NCBI GenBank assembly: GCA_964016885.1
Contig: OZ024758.1
Location: 868,001-932,000 of the forward strand
Length of the DNA stretch: 64,000 nucleotides
Direction: 5' to 3'
From: Eledone cirrhosa
Lineage: Eukaryota
Of this stretch, positions 28,515-41,860 are shown piece after piece. Made by a program: the position numbers and the translations under genes. Position 1 is the stretch's first letter; each line of letters starts with the position of its first letter. Below the pieces are notes generated by a model. The model worked only from the letters and a program-made list of their open reading frames with translations. It made no database searches and had not been told where the DNA came from.

Positions 28515-28575
28515 AATAGTTTCTTATATAGACACAAGGCCAGCAATTTTGGGGGAGGGGAAAGTCGATTGATCT
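28515..28575 (-). mobile_element. SINE family A 3' fragment
   Basis: CACAAGGCCAGCAATTTTGGGGGAGGGGAAAGTCGATTGATC. Confidence 0.7.
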
Positions 28576-30820
28576 TCATAATAGTAAAAACAACTTGGTT
28601 ATCAAGGATTGACAACCAAAACACTACGTAGAGATAATTAAAACGTAGTATTTTATTCAACAATTTCAGTCTAAATAGCCTTTCATCAGTGAAGACCTGT
28701 ATTTTCCACTGCAGGTACATTTTAGAGATGGTAACATTCGAAGTTATAAGCGTTGGATGAAGTCATTTAAAATCTTGTTAGAAGTTGAAAGAACGGATTA
28801 TAGATTTTAGGGTTTATTTTTCTTTTCCACTCTTAAGTGTGAGATTTCAGAAATTGAAAAGTAGAAACCTTATATATTACAGAAAGACGTTGATAAATGC
28901 TCGAACAAGCCTTAATTGATCCGATATCCTTAGTAGATCTTTTACTTCGAATGACCGTAACGAAGCTAGCAGTGACAGCGCTAGTTAGAAAAGATCACGC
29001 GCCAAACTTCAAGGCACGTTCAATGAAGTAATATATATATATATATATATATAGGGAGAGAGAGAAAAGGAAAGAAAGAGAGAGAGAAAGGGAGAGATTA
29101 AAGATATAAATGTGATTTTTATAAAAGGAAGTACAACTTATTCTCATTTACTGTACCCGAAGTATCCATATATTTAAAAGAAATACTTTATGTTTTGTGA
29201 AGAAACTAAAAGTATGAAAATATCAAATATAAAAGAAAAGAAGCAGTTTTAGGAAACCTGCCTCCTCCACACCACTGCTCCTATCTTCATGATTAAATTC
29301 ATCATTCAGTGGGGCTGCGTTTCGAACCAACCAACCAACAGGAAATTTATAATAATTTGAAGTGAAAACCAACAGGTGCGTGTGTTTTTATTGCCAGTAT
29401 GATCCTCCCAAAGTATAACAATATCTGTTTCAACACACGTTTTCAGATAAATCTTGCAAAACAATTTCAAAAACGATACACACACACATATATATATATA
29501 AATATAGATAGTCGGTATGTATGTTTGTGTGTGTATGTATGCAATTATGTTTACATGCATGTAAGTATGTATGATTCTGTGCATACGTGTGAACATGTAA
29601 CTATGAATTTTTAACAAGCCTACCGTTAATCCCTAGGATTTTTTTCTCTGACTGGCGAATCTGAAATGTGATAAAATGATGACAATTTAGAGGTGTACGA
29701 ATATTCCTTGGTTATGTCTACCTGCTGGCTGTCATAAGAAACAGATACTTTCAGCGCCGCTTATTAGTTTAATATGACACATCCTAAAAATGAGGTAGTC
29801 ACCAAGGTATGCTTCTATCTAATTGTATTCATTTTACAGCTATCTATGTTGTCTTCTTCTTTGCATCCTATTCTCATTTAACACCGACTTTTTGCTTCTC
29901 TTTCTTTATTTTGTGCTTGGATTCCTCTGCTTCACTCCAGCATTCTGAATGCAATAATATTGCATTTCCCGTCAAATATATATTCATACTGACACCTCAT
30001 TAGTCGAAATTGACTATCATATGTGTGTATATACATGAGTATATATATATACATATATGTGTGTGAGTGTGTGTCTGTGTGTTTGTGTCTGTGTGTGTAT
30101 GCATGTATATATGTAGGTGTGTCTGTTATGTATGTATGTATTTATATATGTATTACGCATCTACGTACACATACACGTTCACACCAAGGGAGATGCAAAC
30201 GAACTAAATATATAAGCATATATACATAAATATATATATAAATGAATATATATATATATATATATATATGATTGCGTGTGTGTATGTTTGCATGTGGGTT
30301 TGTGTCTGTGTGTCTGTGTGTGTTTATGTGTGTGTGTTGGAAGCTGTGATCGCTCATAGATGCTAGTATACGTTCCAAGTTGGCTAAGTTAGGTTTGAAG
30401 ATATTTAACAAAACCACATATAAAGCCACATGTTTGAGAAGCTAAATTCTTCAACATATAACCATTCATTAGTTATATGGTCAAACATTCCATATTTTGA
30501 TACCTATTTTTTTACTGCAGCAGCCAACGTGTCATAACTTACGTCTCCAGTTCTATCATATGTCTAGAACGCTATGTACAGATCCTTGTCTTTGCAAATC
30601 TGACAAATTCATGAAACGTCAGCCTAACCTGTTCCCTGTTAACTCCTGATACTTTTACTTTAATACTCTTCCACAGATCCAAGTTTATGATATTAAACCA
30701 GTCAGTACCATAAACTGATAGTTGTGTAAATGCAAATTACAGGTTTAACCATTTGAGATTCAACAAGATGTTGTTGCTATTCACTTCTAAGATTAACACG
30801 TATGTATGTACGTATGTACG

Positions 30821-30854
<34 letters not shown>

Positions 30855-30902
30855 TGTATGTATGTATGTATGTATGTATGTATGTATGTATGTATGTGTG
30901 TG

Positions 30903-31037
30903 TGGTCCTGTAATTCCTGAGTCGTAGGGGCGCCATATTGACATACAGCGTATCTTGTGCATTTTAAGCCTGGCAAAACCCATCCCTCTCCAGACCTGAG
31001 AACAGCAGATTTCTTCCAGAGAGGAAAGATCCACCCC

Positions 31038-31040
<3 letters not shown>
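30903..31040. repeat. Unclassified short repeat family E between (TATG)n and (AGT)n tracts
   Basis: CCCATCCCTCTCCAG.CCTG..GATTTCTTCCAGAGAG..ATCCACCCCAGTA recurs at ~54300-54415. Confidence 0.7.
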
Positions 31041-31107
<67 letters not shown>

Positions 31108-31448
31108 ACAGTAGTAGCATTAGTAGTACTAATAGTAATTGTTTCTACTTTAGGCACAAGGCCAGCAAATACCCAGTGCATTACTGGTACTTTATTTTAT
31201 CGACCCCGTAAGGATGAAAGGCAAAGTCAACCTCGGCGGGATTTGAACTCAGATCGTAAAGGGACGTAACTATGCTGGAAAGCATGGCGTCAAACCCTCT
31301 ACCGATACTGCCAATCCACCGCCCTATTAGTAGTACTAATAGTAATACTAGTTGTATTGGTGGTGGCGGCGATGGTGGTGGTGGTAGTAGTAGTAGTAGT
31401 AGTGGCTGCAACAGAAGTACTAACAGTAGTAGTAATAGTAGTAGTAGC

Positions 31449-31540
<92 letters not shown>

Positions 31541-31613
31541 TAGTAGTATTAGTAGTAGCAGCAGCAGCAGCAGCAGCAACAGCAGTAGTAGTAGTAGTAG
31601 TAGTAGCAGTAAC

Positions 31614-31654
<41 letters not shown>

Positions 31655-31735
31655 GAGTAGGACTAGTAGTAGTAGTAGTAGTAGGACTAGCAGTAGAGAT
31701 GAAAGCAATGGAAGTGGTGGTAGTGATGATAATTG
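31038..31735. repeat. Large (AGT)n/(AGC)n microsatellite interrupted by a SINE
   Basis: Direct reading. Confidence 0.95.
31140..31325 (-). mobile_element. Full-length tRNA-derived SINE family A with 21-bp TSD
   Basis: A box TGGCAGTATCGG and B box GAGTTCAAATCC on the minus strand; ATTAGTAGTACTAATAGTAAT duplicated at 31119-31139 and 31326-31346. Confidence 0.9.
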
Positions 31736-32026
31736 CAGATAGCTGTAGTTGTGATGAGGTTTAACATAAAAGATGCAATGACATAGCAAGTGTATAAGAG
31801 TTGGTTAGATAAGCTGATGGCAAGATAAATTACATATGTTGAGGTTCTCACTGCCATTACACTTTTTAGTAAGGAACAGTCTCCTGCCTCAGGTAATTCA
31901 TCCATCTGACCTATGAAAGGGATTCTTGCGTATACTAGGGAAACTCAAAACAAGCAGATATAAGGTTTTATATATATATGTATATGTTTATATATATATA
32001 TATAAACATATATATATATATATGTT

Positions 32027-32078
<52 letters not shown>

Positions 32079-32156
32079 CATACATGGTTTGTGGCTGTCT
32101 CTACCAAACGAATTGAGAGAATCACAAAGCACTCAATGATACGATATATATATATT

Positions 32157-32236
<80 letters not shown>

Positions 32237-32238
32237 TA

Positions 32239-32307
<69 letters not shown>

Positions 32308-32520
32308 TATATATATATATATTATTTATAAACAGAAGTTGTAGCTGCAATAGAACAGATACCAATCGAATTGTTTTAGACAGTCACTAAGCACTCAATG
32401 ATACGAAAACTTAAAAACTTATACATTTTTCGCCCAGACTTAACAGATAAATCTATATAAAGAGTGAAACGATGACTATACCGACAAGTTGTACTTAGCT
32501 GTTGTATATGACGACCACAA

Positions 32521-32851
32521 CGAACGCCAACCTTCACTCATGACTTCTGTTAAACCAATCCATAAACCACCCTCCAAACTCAACAAACCTAACGTGGACC
32601 GCCCATCATCTACCCAAACCGAACACATACCGCAACATCCACCAAATGGGCAAGACTGGGGTTATTAAACTGGATCAGTCATATTACGTAGTCTCTACAT
32701 AATAAAACTATTATATATATATGGTAAACCTTCAGTTTAATTGACCTTGATTTAACTAAATTCAAGATTAACGGGTCAAATATTAATAATTGTTTCTACT
32801 TTTGGCACAAGGCCAGCAATTACCCAGTGCATTACTGGTACTTTATTTTAT
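32521..32851. repeat. ~330-bp composite direct repeat (unique segment plus SINE A tail), copy 1
   Basis: Near-identical to 36763-37090. Confidence 0.9.
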
Positions 32852-33300
32852 ATTTATATATATATGTAAAGAGAGAGATATAAAAAACATATATGTGTGT
32901 GTCACTGTGTATGTGTGTATATGTGTTTGTGTGTGTGTATGTATATATGTGTGTGTGCAAACAATAAAAATCATGTTTAAAATATATATTTTGCCTCACT
33001 TTGAAAATAGATCCTGAGATTAAATCCGACAACTATCGACAGCCTGGGAAGTAATTCGTATGAATTATTGAGTTGTTTTATAAGATTTTTTGTAGGAGAA
33101 AGGAAGAGGGGTGCTTGTTTATTTGGTGATATTCCGATTGCTGATACAACAGAGTGAACATTGGTGAAAAATATAAACACGATCTACTTTAGTCCGTGAA
33201 AGATTATATACGATGTTATTTTCATAACTGTGCAATATTGGTGTTTTATCTTTAAGTTGTCATATGGTATCTGAATTCATATATATAATACAGAACATTG

Positions 33301-33346
<46 letters not shown>

Positions 33347-33836
33347 CATATATATATATACATACATGTAAATATATATATACATACCTGCTTCCTAACT
33401 AGCCTAATCAAAAAAGAAAGAAATTACAGTCTATTTCAATATACCATTGTCGAGACAAACTCACAGATTCAGGCAAGTTGAATTAAAGAATCTCTACTAC
33501 TATTTGTCATGAATACATTTTTTTTTATTGGTATACAAACCAAATATATATACACATGTTAATACTGAAAATATGTTTCATGATAAGAAAGTTTTTGATG
33601 CGTACAGAGATTTTTAAGAACCCACAGGAAATAGAAGGAATATTATCTAGCCTGAAGAAATGATATTTGATACTTAAATCTATTTAGCAAACTAAAATAG
33701 GAGCTAAGCTAAACATACGAAAAATACATATAAACAAACATTAAAGTATCAAGCTTATAATGGTTGTTTATGTTTTTTGATAGGTTAGGCCAAGCTTATA
33801 TTGTACTGTGAAATAGATGTAAGTACGACATGTTTC

Positions 33837-33871
<35 letters not shown>

Positions 33872-33954
33872 GATATATATGTGTGTGTGTGTGTGAGTGT
33901 GAGTGTGTGTGTATACATGTATATGTATATGTATGTACGTATATATGTATATAT

Positions 33955-34047
<93 letters not shown>

Positions 34048-34268
34048 GACCGAGAGAGAGAGAGAGAGAGAGAGAGAACTGATAGGGTGTGGTAAAAAAC
34101 AGCTAGACCATAACCGACCAGAGTACTCGATACTTGGGGTAGTAGAGTGGGTCCTGAATCTTTTCATATGTATATATATAATTTATTAAACTATATATAT
34201 ATATATATGCGTATATATATATATACATAGTTTAATAAATGATATTTGTATTAGTTTCACGCTTGAGA

Positions 34269-34338
<70 letters not shown>

Positions 34339-34723
34339 GTAATTGTATGTGTGTTTTTATATGTATATGCTTGGGTGTCTGTGTCTATATATGTATGTTT
34401 GCATGCATGAATGAATACACTAAGCTTTAGATTTAGTAGAATGTACAACCACTGATTCCAATTTGCACTATCGTATATTTTGGTTTCTAGTAATTCCGTG
34501 GGGAATTGTTTTATTTATTTTAAAAAAAAGTTATTCTTTCTCTTAGATTTCAGGTATTTTTTGAACGCTGAGCATTGGCCCCTAAAATACTACAGTAGGC
34601 CCCGCAATGCCACCGTGGGCGCCCTGGGGCCTGTTGCCATTGGGCAACCTGCAAACCTGGCGAGTCCGCCACTACTGTACCGATTGTGTTGTTATTTCTG
34701 TTTACCTTTTACATACATATAAA

Positions 34724-34805
<82 letters not shown>

Positions 34806-34894
34806 ATTTGTTAAAATAATCAAATTAAATTAATTCAACAGTTAAACACACAGGAATAATTAGGTTGTTACCAAAGGGCCACAAGATTGACATA

Positions 34895-35388
34895 TCGACC
34901 CTAAATAAGACTAATAGCTCTAGGAAAACCTTGAACGACACCAGAATTTTGAACTTTGATTTTGAAAGTAGCTTTATAATTATCAATTTTCACTATGCTT
35001 TTGTAGCTGTCTCGGTGGCCAAGTTGGGGGAAATCATAGACGGTGGTGATTCTTGTCTGAAGTTCGATCCTGGCTGACAGTAGGTTTCCCGGTAAACCTT
35101 TTCAGTTTTTTTCTATGGGATGTAAAATAAAAACTGAAAAACGTTACATGTACCTCCTGACCAGGATTGAACCCAAGACCAGGATCTCCACCGTCTCTAT
35201 TACCTACCAATAGGCAACATAGACAACTACGAAAACCTTATGAAAATTCATACTTATAAACCTACTTTCAAAATTTTCAATACAAAATCATGTAGTGTCG
35301 TTTATGTCTTTCTTAATGTTATTGCTCCTACTTAAGGTCGACTTCTAAATCATTTGGGTGTTCTATAAACTACATCCTCGTTTTGTTT
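34895..35388. mobile_element. Fold-back element with two convergent tRNA-like units, copy 2
   Basis: Colinear with 11155-11648; tRNA-like units at ~35009-35080 (+) and ~35154-35224 (-). Confidence 0.8.
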
Positions 35389-35464
35389 TTCATTTACTAT
35401 GATTTGGGCTTATTAAATATATAAATATATAGATGGATAGACAGTTTAAAAAATAGATAGATTG

Positions 35465-35571
<107 letters not shown>

Positions 35572-35578
35572 CAGACAG

Positions 35579-35622
<44 letters not shown>

Positions 35623-35632
35623 AGAGAGAGAG

Positions 35633-35737
<105 letters not shown>

Positions 35738-36105
35738 TTTCCCTAACCGAAACATTTTCTATTCATAAATTTTTGTTCACTTTTAAGAAATATTGCCTAC
35801 ATGCTATCTTCCTTTTACCACATCAATGCACTCGACAGACCACACACGTGACCATTCTACAGCTTTCTCTGATATGACGAATATAGTTACCTTCATGCTG
35901 AGTCTTTCATTCATTTATAAAATACGTCTATATACAGTATGTAGCATCTGTCTTTAGAAACACTTCGTGTTCAGTGATGCACATTTCTCGAAATACATGA
36001 ATTCAGACGGCAACAATGCATAAGATCAGATATAGGAAAACTGGAGAATACTTGTCTCAGTAGGGGATGTACGTAAGTTAATACTTATGTGTGTGCATAT
36101 GTAAA

Positions 36106-36165
<60 letters not shown>

Positions 36166-36242
36166 TATTTCATATGTATATATGTATATATATATAAAAT
36201 ATATATATATATATTATTTATATATACATATGTATACGCGCG

Positions 36243-36313
<71 letters not shown>

Positions 36314-36762
36314 TTGCAATTACATATGTCACATCCATAATTATTTGTATCGATGGATGGAGACATAAGCATGGTTGCTTATAAATACATGTTTAATATT
36401 AACCCATCCCTCTGCTCATGTATTGAGTTTTGTTCCTTTGGTTTGTGTACTTATTTTAAACACACAAACCCACACATATATGTACATTTGTGTGTGTGAG
36501 CGTCAGAGAATGAGAGACGGTTGAGAAAATACTCATATGTTACTGATATTAAATAAAATATGTGATAATAATTAGATTATGTATCGGAAAAGTATGTAAG
36601 ATGTCTTTTTTGAAGGGACATAGTAAATGAGAGTGTTTAATTCCTACCAGCCGATCTATATATTTGTATACCTAATGAATGCTTTACTTATGTGATCATA
36701 TACTTAATTTAGACAGTTGTTGCTCCAATCTTTCCGCAAAACACTGAGCAAACACCCTAAAC

Positions 36763-37125
36763 CGAACGCCAACCTTCACTCATGACTTCTGTTAAACCAA
36801 ACCATAAACCACCCTCCAAACTCAACAAACCTAACGTGGACCGCCCATCATCTACCCAAACCGAACACATACCGCAACATCCACCAAATGGGCAAGACTG
36901 GGGTTATTAAGCTGGATCAGTCATATTACGTAGTCTCTACATAAAAATATTATATATATATGGTAAACCTTCAGTTTAATTGACCTTGATTTAACTAAAT
37001 TCAAGATTAACGGGTCTAATATTAATAATTGTTTCTACTTTTGGCACAAGGCCAGCAATTACCCAGTACATTACTGGTACTTTATTTTATCGGCCCCGTA
37101 AGGAGGAAAGGCAAAGTTAACCCCG
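36763..37125. repeat. Composite direct repeat, copy 2 (SINE part extends further)
   Basis: Near-identical to 32521-32851. Confidence 0.9.
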
Positions 37126-37379
37126 GATTAAAAATAGTTTCTAATAATCTCCCAAACGTTACATTGTGTTCTGTCAAAGAGCCAGCCGACGGTCACCAGG
37201 CCCTATCTGACTCACGCGCTCAACGTTGACCTCATTGTGTGTAAGTATATCAGGGCTCAGAACAAAGTTAGGGATGAGGTTGTGAGCTCTAGGATCACCA
37301 CTGATATCTTTAGAGACCTTAACAGGACAAGAAACATTTATGAAATATATTACGAAATATAAATATAAACGGTTATCAA

Positions 37380-37430
37380 ATCACCATCATCATCATCATC
37401 ATCATAATCATCGTCACCATCATCATCATC

Positions 37431-37464
<34 letters not shown>

Positions 37465-37700
37465 CCTCCATCATCACCACCATCATCACCACCATTATCA
37501 CCACCACCATCACCACCATCATCATTAATATTATCACTACCAACACCACCAACACCACCATCATCACCATCATAACCACAAATTATCACCACCACCACCA
37601 CCGCCATCAAAATCATCACCACCATCGCCACCACTACCATCATCATCATCACCACCACCATCAGCACCATCACCACTATCATCATCAACATCATCACCTC
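37380..37700. repeat. Degenerate (CAT)n/(CAC)n tract
   Basis: Direct reading. Confidence 0.9.
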
Positions 37701-37795
37701 CGTCAATACCATTTCGTCCTTATTCTTATTCTTATTCTCATCCATTATCTTATTCTTCCCCTGTTTATTCACGCCATACGTAGACGGGGCTGCAG

Positions 37796-37836
37796 CTATG
37801 AACGTCGCCACATAATGACGTGAAACCAAGCACCTG
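37796..37836 (-). CDS. Candidate terminal coding exon of an unidentified host gene ((A)[12 protein letters not shown])
   Basis: Strong polypyrimidine tract TTTTTTTTCTCTCTTCTT-CAG-CAG (NAGNAG), TAG stop at 37796-37798, AATAAA ~27 nt downstream (37764-37769). Phase-compatible with 49857-49955. No homology evidence. Confidence 0.3.
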
Positions 37837-38015
37837 CTGAAGAAGAGAGAAAAAAAATACAAACCAAAACAAAAGCACTGATTCTTTATTTAAACTTAGC
37901 CGAATATTGAATAGGAATAAATTAATGTATAGCCATGGTCCGACTGAAACGGCTGGTGGCTCGGCTCGCTGTTTTCGTATATGTACATATATATATATGC
38001 ATATGTATATGTATG

Positions 38016-38057
<42 letters not shown>

Positions 38058-38123
38058 AGCAAATATTGCACCAAGAAAAATATACACATACATACGTACG
38101 TATATATATATATATATACCTAC

Positions 38124-38225
<102 letters not shown>

Positions 38226-38247
38226 ATATTTATATGTATATATATAC

Positions 38248-38288
<41 letters not shown>

Positions 38289-39189
38289 CGTACGTATATA
38301 TATATATATATATATATATAAGTGTGGGTGTCTGCGTGTGTGTTCAATGTTACCTCGTGTGTACACTTCGATTTGCTTCTGGTATTGTTTGTATCGATTA
38401 ATTTTCTCTGTTTCTGTTTCACATTTCCTTTTCTTTTTCCAAAATAAACTAAAATAAAAAGATTTCGTAGTGCATGTGAAACGAGAGCAGAAAGAATAAA
38501 ATAACTAAAAATAAACGTTGTTTGTTGGTGGATTATACAATTTCTGAACAATCACGTTCTAAAATCTTCGTTAATTATCAAAACACTGGTGGCCATCGAT
38601 TCACAGTCACTACTATTTATATAGTAGGAATCATATGTTTACAAAACAGAGGACAATTTCTAAGACAGTGAAATCCTGTCTTGTTAGACAAATTTAGTCA
38701 TTGGTTTGTGGTATACCTTAACAGTAAATGTGCTCTGAACTCTAAGTATAGTGCAGTGATTCTGATAATATGTATTCTTTAGAAAATAAACGAGTAAAGA
38801 ATAAAGATATATTATTATTTGTTGTTTCTCTTCTGCTTAATGTTTGGTTGTTGTTGTTGTTGTTGTTGTTGTTGGTGGTGTTTTATTAGCCTGTTTTTGT
38901 TGTTTTTACTATGTTCACATCTATAAAGTTTAAGGAATGAGAAAATAAGATACTATATTATATACTACAATAGATGGATTTAAATGAGACCCAGTGAAGA
39001 ATAGAGCTGCAGCCATTGCCTAGTTTCAGAGAGCTTTACATTTTTCATCCGAATAATACAAGATTATATTTTCCATTTATATATCTATAGCCGCTTCATC
39101 CAACTTTCATTTTCCCCTTTTCAATTTCTATTTTCTTCTATATATGTGTGTATTGAACAATGAAGATACAACAAAAGTAGAAGATTTAA

Positions 39190-39273
<84 letters not shown>

Positions 39274-39809
39274 AGTGTAACGTGCAGTTACTATAGGTTC
39301 ACCCGAGTGAGCATTCGATGCAGATCGAACCTTGAGCTGATCAATAGAGAAATGCGTGTCAATACTCAATAAACGTAATGAAGACAACAAATCGTCCTTT
39401 TATTATATATATATATATATATATGAATATATTTATTTTATCCATTTGTTTATTTATTAATATAAACTTTGTTTACAAATCAAATTTTTTCACTCATTAC
39501 ATGAGGATTCTAACGATAATAATATTTAATACCAAATTACAATAATGATACGTTTAGCCTTTAACTTTATTGACCTCAATAAAATCAAAGTACCTCCCTT
39601 TCCCTTTACTTCTACCCCACCTGCTATAACCATCCCCCCAACATTAGCAATACAAATGACAATCTTTAGCTACACCATCCCACAATTTCATTTTTTATTC
39701 ATTTATTCATCAATTGCTCATTCAATTATATATTCAGTTAAACCCAAACTAATCCCACCGTTCACTACAACCCCCTTTTCTTCTCTCTTTGCCTTTCTCT
39801 TTGCCTGTC

Positions 39810-39829
39810 TATCTATATATCTATAGATC
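39810..39829 (+). repeat. 5' target-site duplication of the LINE
   Basis: TATCTATATATCTATAGATC, identical to 45563-45582. Confidence 0.85.
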
Positions 39830-40054
39830 TATCTACTCTATCTGGGATGGACACACGCGTATAACTTGCTGAGTAAGTTCTGTTTAAATTTCTATAGAAA
39901 TTCTTGTCTGATAACTTTAATTTTTGTACCATTTTGTAGAGGGACTGCCAGGTCAAACTTTGATCTGGTCAGTCTCTCAAAATATTCCACGCCTTTAGGC
40001 GAAATAGTTAAAAAAAAAAAGTTTTTTCTTGTTGAAAAGTCAATATTTTTTTAA

Positions 40055-41836
40055 ATGGCCGAAGCTTCTTCACCAAAATTCGAAGGAGGAAAGGGGAAGA
40101 TGAACTTACAGCTTCCCCCTGCCACTGTCACAGTAGCAGAGGTCAAGAAGATAGGTCAGCCAGAGGAAGAATTCTCTCCACCTGTTAACCGACAACTTGA
40201 CGTTACCATGGCAACAACCCAAAGAACCAACAGCAACAACAACAACAATGCGACGGTAGAAAACAACACCAATAACAATAACAATAACAACAACAAGACC
40301 AATAACGGTGACAACAACAACAATGATAACAACAACACCACCAACGACAACAACAACACAAACAAACAAAATTTCTCCTTCGCCGAGACGACAAGGAAAA
40401 CCCTCGACTATCTGCCAGTAGATATAACAAAAGCGAAGGAGCTACTGGCGGATGCGAAAAAATATATAGTGTACGGGGAAAATGGTTCATTCACAATCCA
40501 TTCCCCCCCGGAACTAAAAAGCCAGAGACTCCTAAACACGGTCATGTTTAGGACAATCTCGAACAAAAGTAAAAAACCAGCTCAACCATCACAGAGCGAG
40601 ATAGAGCTGGTTTTAAAAGACGTCATGAAGGACATCACCTTCATTCAGAAGGATAGACTCTACGGGAGTCTATCCATTCTCATGAAGGACAGGGACACAG
40701 CAGTGAAACTGTCCATCAAACCAATCACATCCACCGCATACACCTTCTACCCTACGTACATGGGTAGAAGAACACAAAAAATAAAAATCCACACCATCCT
40801 GCCGATTATGGACATATGGTGGGTTTTGACAGGTTTTCTGGACCTGGAGGATGACATGCTGGTGTCCATGGGAAAGGCATCGGGTGACGCGTTCAGTGGA
40901 ACGAGCCTCGAACTTGTAGTTCAAATGAGGCCCGAAAGGATCGCCCAGATCCCTGAACGCGTCATACTGGATGATCTAACCTTCATCAACATTACCGTTG
41001 AGGGTAGACGGCCCTCGTGTTACCTCTGCGGAACCAGAGGTCACCTGAGGGCTGTCTGTCCCCAACTTAATAAGAAAACCCCAATCCTGCCTACACCACC
41101 AACAACTGCACAACCAACACAATCACCACAACAACCACTACAAAAACAACCACCACAGCTCAAACCAAAACAAAACAATGTCCAACCCATCCCCTCCACT
41201 CAAAAAACAAAAACAATTTCCAAAACACCCGTACCGCAAACACAACCCGAAAATATACCCCTCCCCTCCAACGCGGAAGATGACCCTAGTTCGTCGTCAG
41301 ACGAGGAGGAGCACTTCCACACAATCAAAAGAAAAAAAAGAAAACACACCTCAGACACACAAATGAAAAAAACCCCTCCCCAAAACATAACACTGACACC
41401 AACACAAAAGAGCTCACAACAGCAAACAAAAAACACCACACAAAAACAAAAACATGCATACACATACATAAATACAAGAAACAAAAAACTGTTAAACATT
41501 GTGTACAACAACAATCTAATAAAAACACAAGGGCCTAACTTCACCCAGGCAGGGGATTTCCCCCACCTCAAAATGATTAAGGCCCCACAGGACACCTATA
41601 AAACTTTAAAAAACAATTTTAAAGAGGACGTGGGTCCCCCCTGCGTCGGGCCCATTAACCGAGTCCTCCTAAAAAACTATCCCACCCCCTCCCCAAACAC
41701 CCTCACAACTCCAAGCTCCCCAACCACACAACACACTGATGCCCCCACACTTCCACAAACCACCACCCCACCCAACAACCCATCCCCCACCCTAATGGAA
41801 ATTGTGCAGCCCGATACCCGGGACGCAGAGAGGTAA
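40055..41836 (+). CDS. ORF1p (gag-like nucleic-acid chaperone), 593 aa
   Basis: CX2CX4HX4C knuckle CYLCGTRGHLRAVC (41018-41059), poly-Asn N-terminal tract, P/Q/T/K-rich linker, basic KRKKRK cluster; position upstream of ORF2. Confidence 0.9.
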   Translation: MAEASSPKFEGGKGKMNLQLPPATVTVAEVKKIGQPEEEFSPPVNRQLDVTMATTQRTNSNNNNNATVENNTNNNNNNNNKTNNGDNNNNDNNNTTNDNNNTNKQNFSFAETTRKTLDYLPVDITKAKELLADAKKYIVYGENGSFTIHSPPELKSQRLLNTVMFRTISNKSKKPAQPSQSEIELVLKDVMKDITFIQKDRLYGSLSILMKDRDTAVKLSIKPITSTAYTFYPTYMGRRTQKIKIHTILPIMDIWWVLTGFLDLEDDMLVSMGKASGDAFSGTSLELVVQMRPERIAQIPERVILDDLTFINITVEGRRPSCYLCGTRGHLRAVCPQLNKKTPILPTPPTTAQPTQSPQQPLQKQPPQLKPKQNNVQPIPSTQKTKTISKTPVPQTQPENIPLPSNAEDDPSSSSDEEEHFHTIKRKKRKHTSDTQMKKTPPQNITLTPTQKSSQQQTKNTTQKQKHAYTYINTRNKKLLNIVYNNNLIKTQGPNFTQAGDFPHLKMIKAPQDTYKTLKNNFKEDVGPPCVGPINRVLLKNYPTPSPNTLTTPSSPTTQHTDAPTLPQTTTPPNNPSPTLMEIVQPDTRDAER

Positions 41837-41860
41837 GTGCCTTTTCTCTTCACCACCAAC

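Noticed and set aside
31181-31789. 202-aa Leu-rich ORF and overlapping Ser/Val-rich ORFs
   Set aside because: An (AGT)n/(AGC)n tract plus a SINE read in frame.
39900-40010. Hammerhead or HDV ribozyme in the LINE 5' UTR
   Set aside because: CTGATAA is not CUGANGA and no consistent stem I/III or nested HDV pseudoknot could be built.
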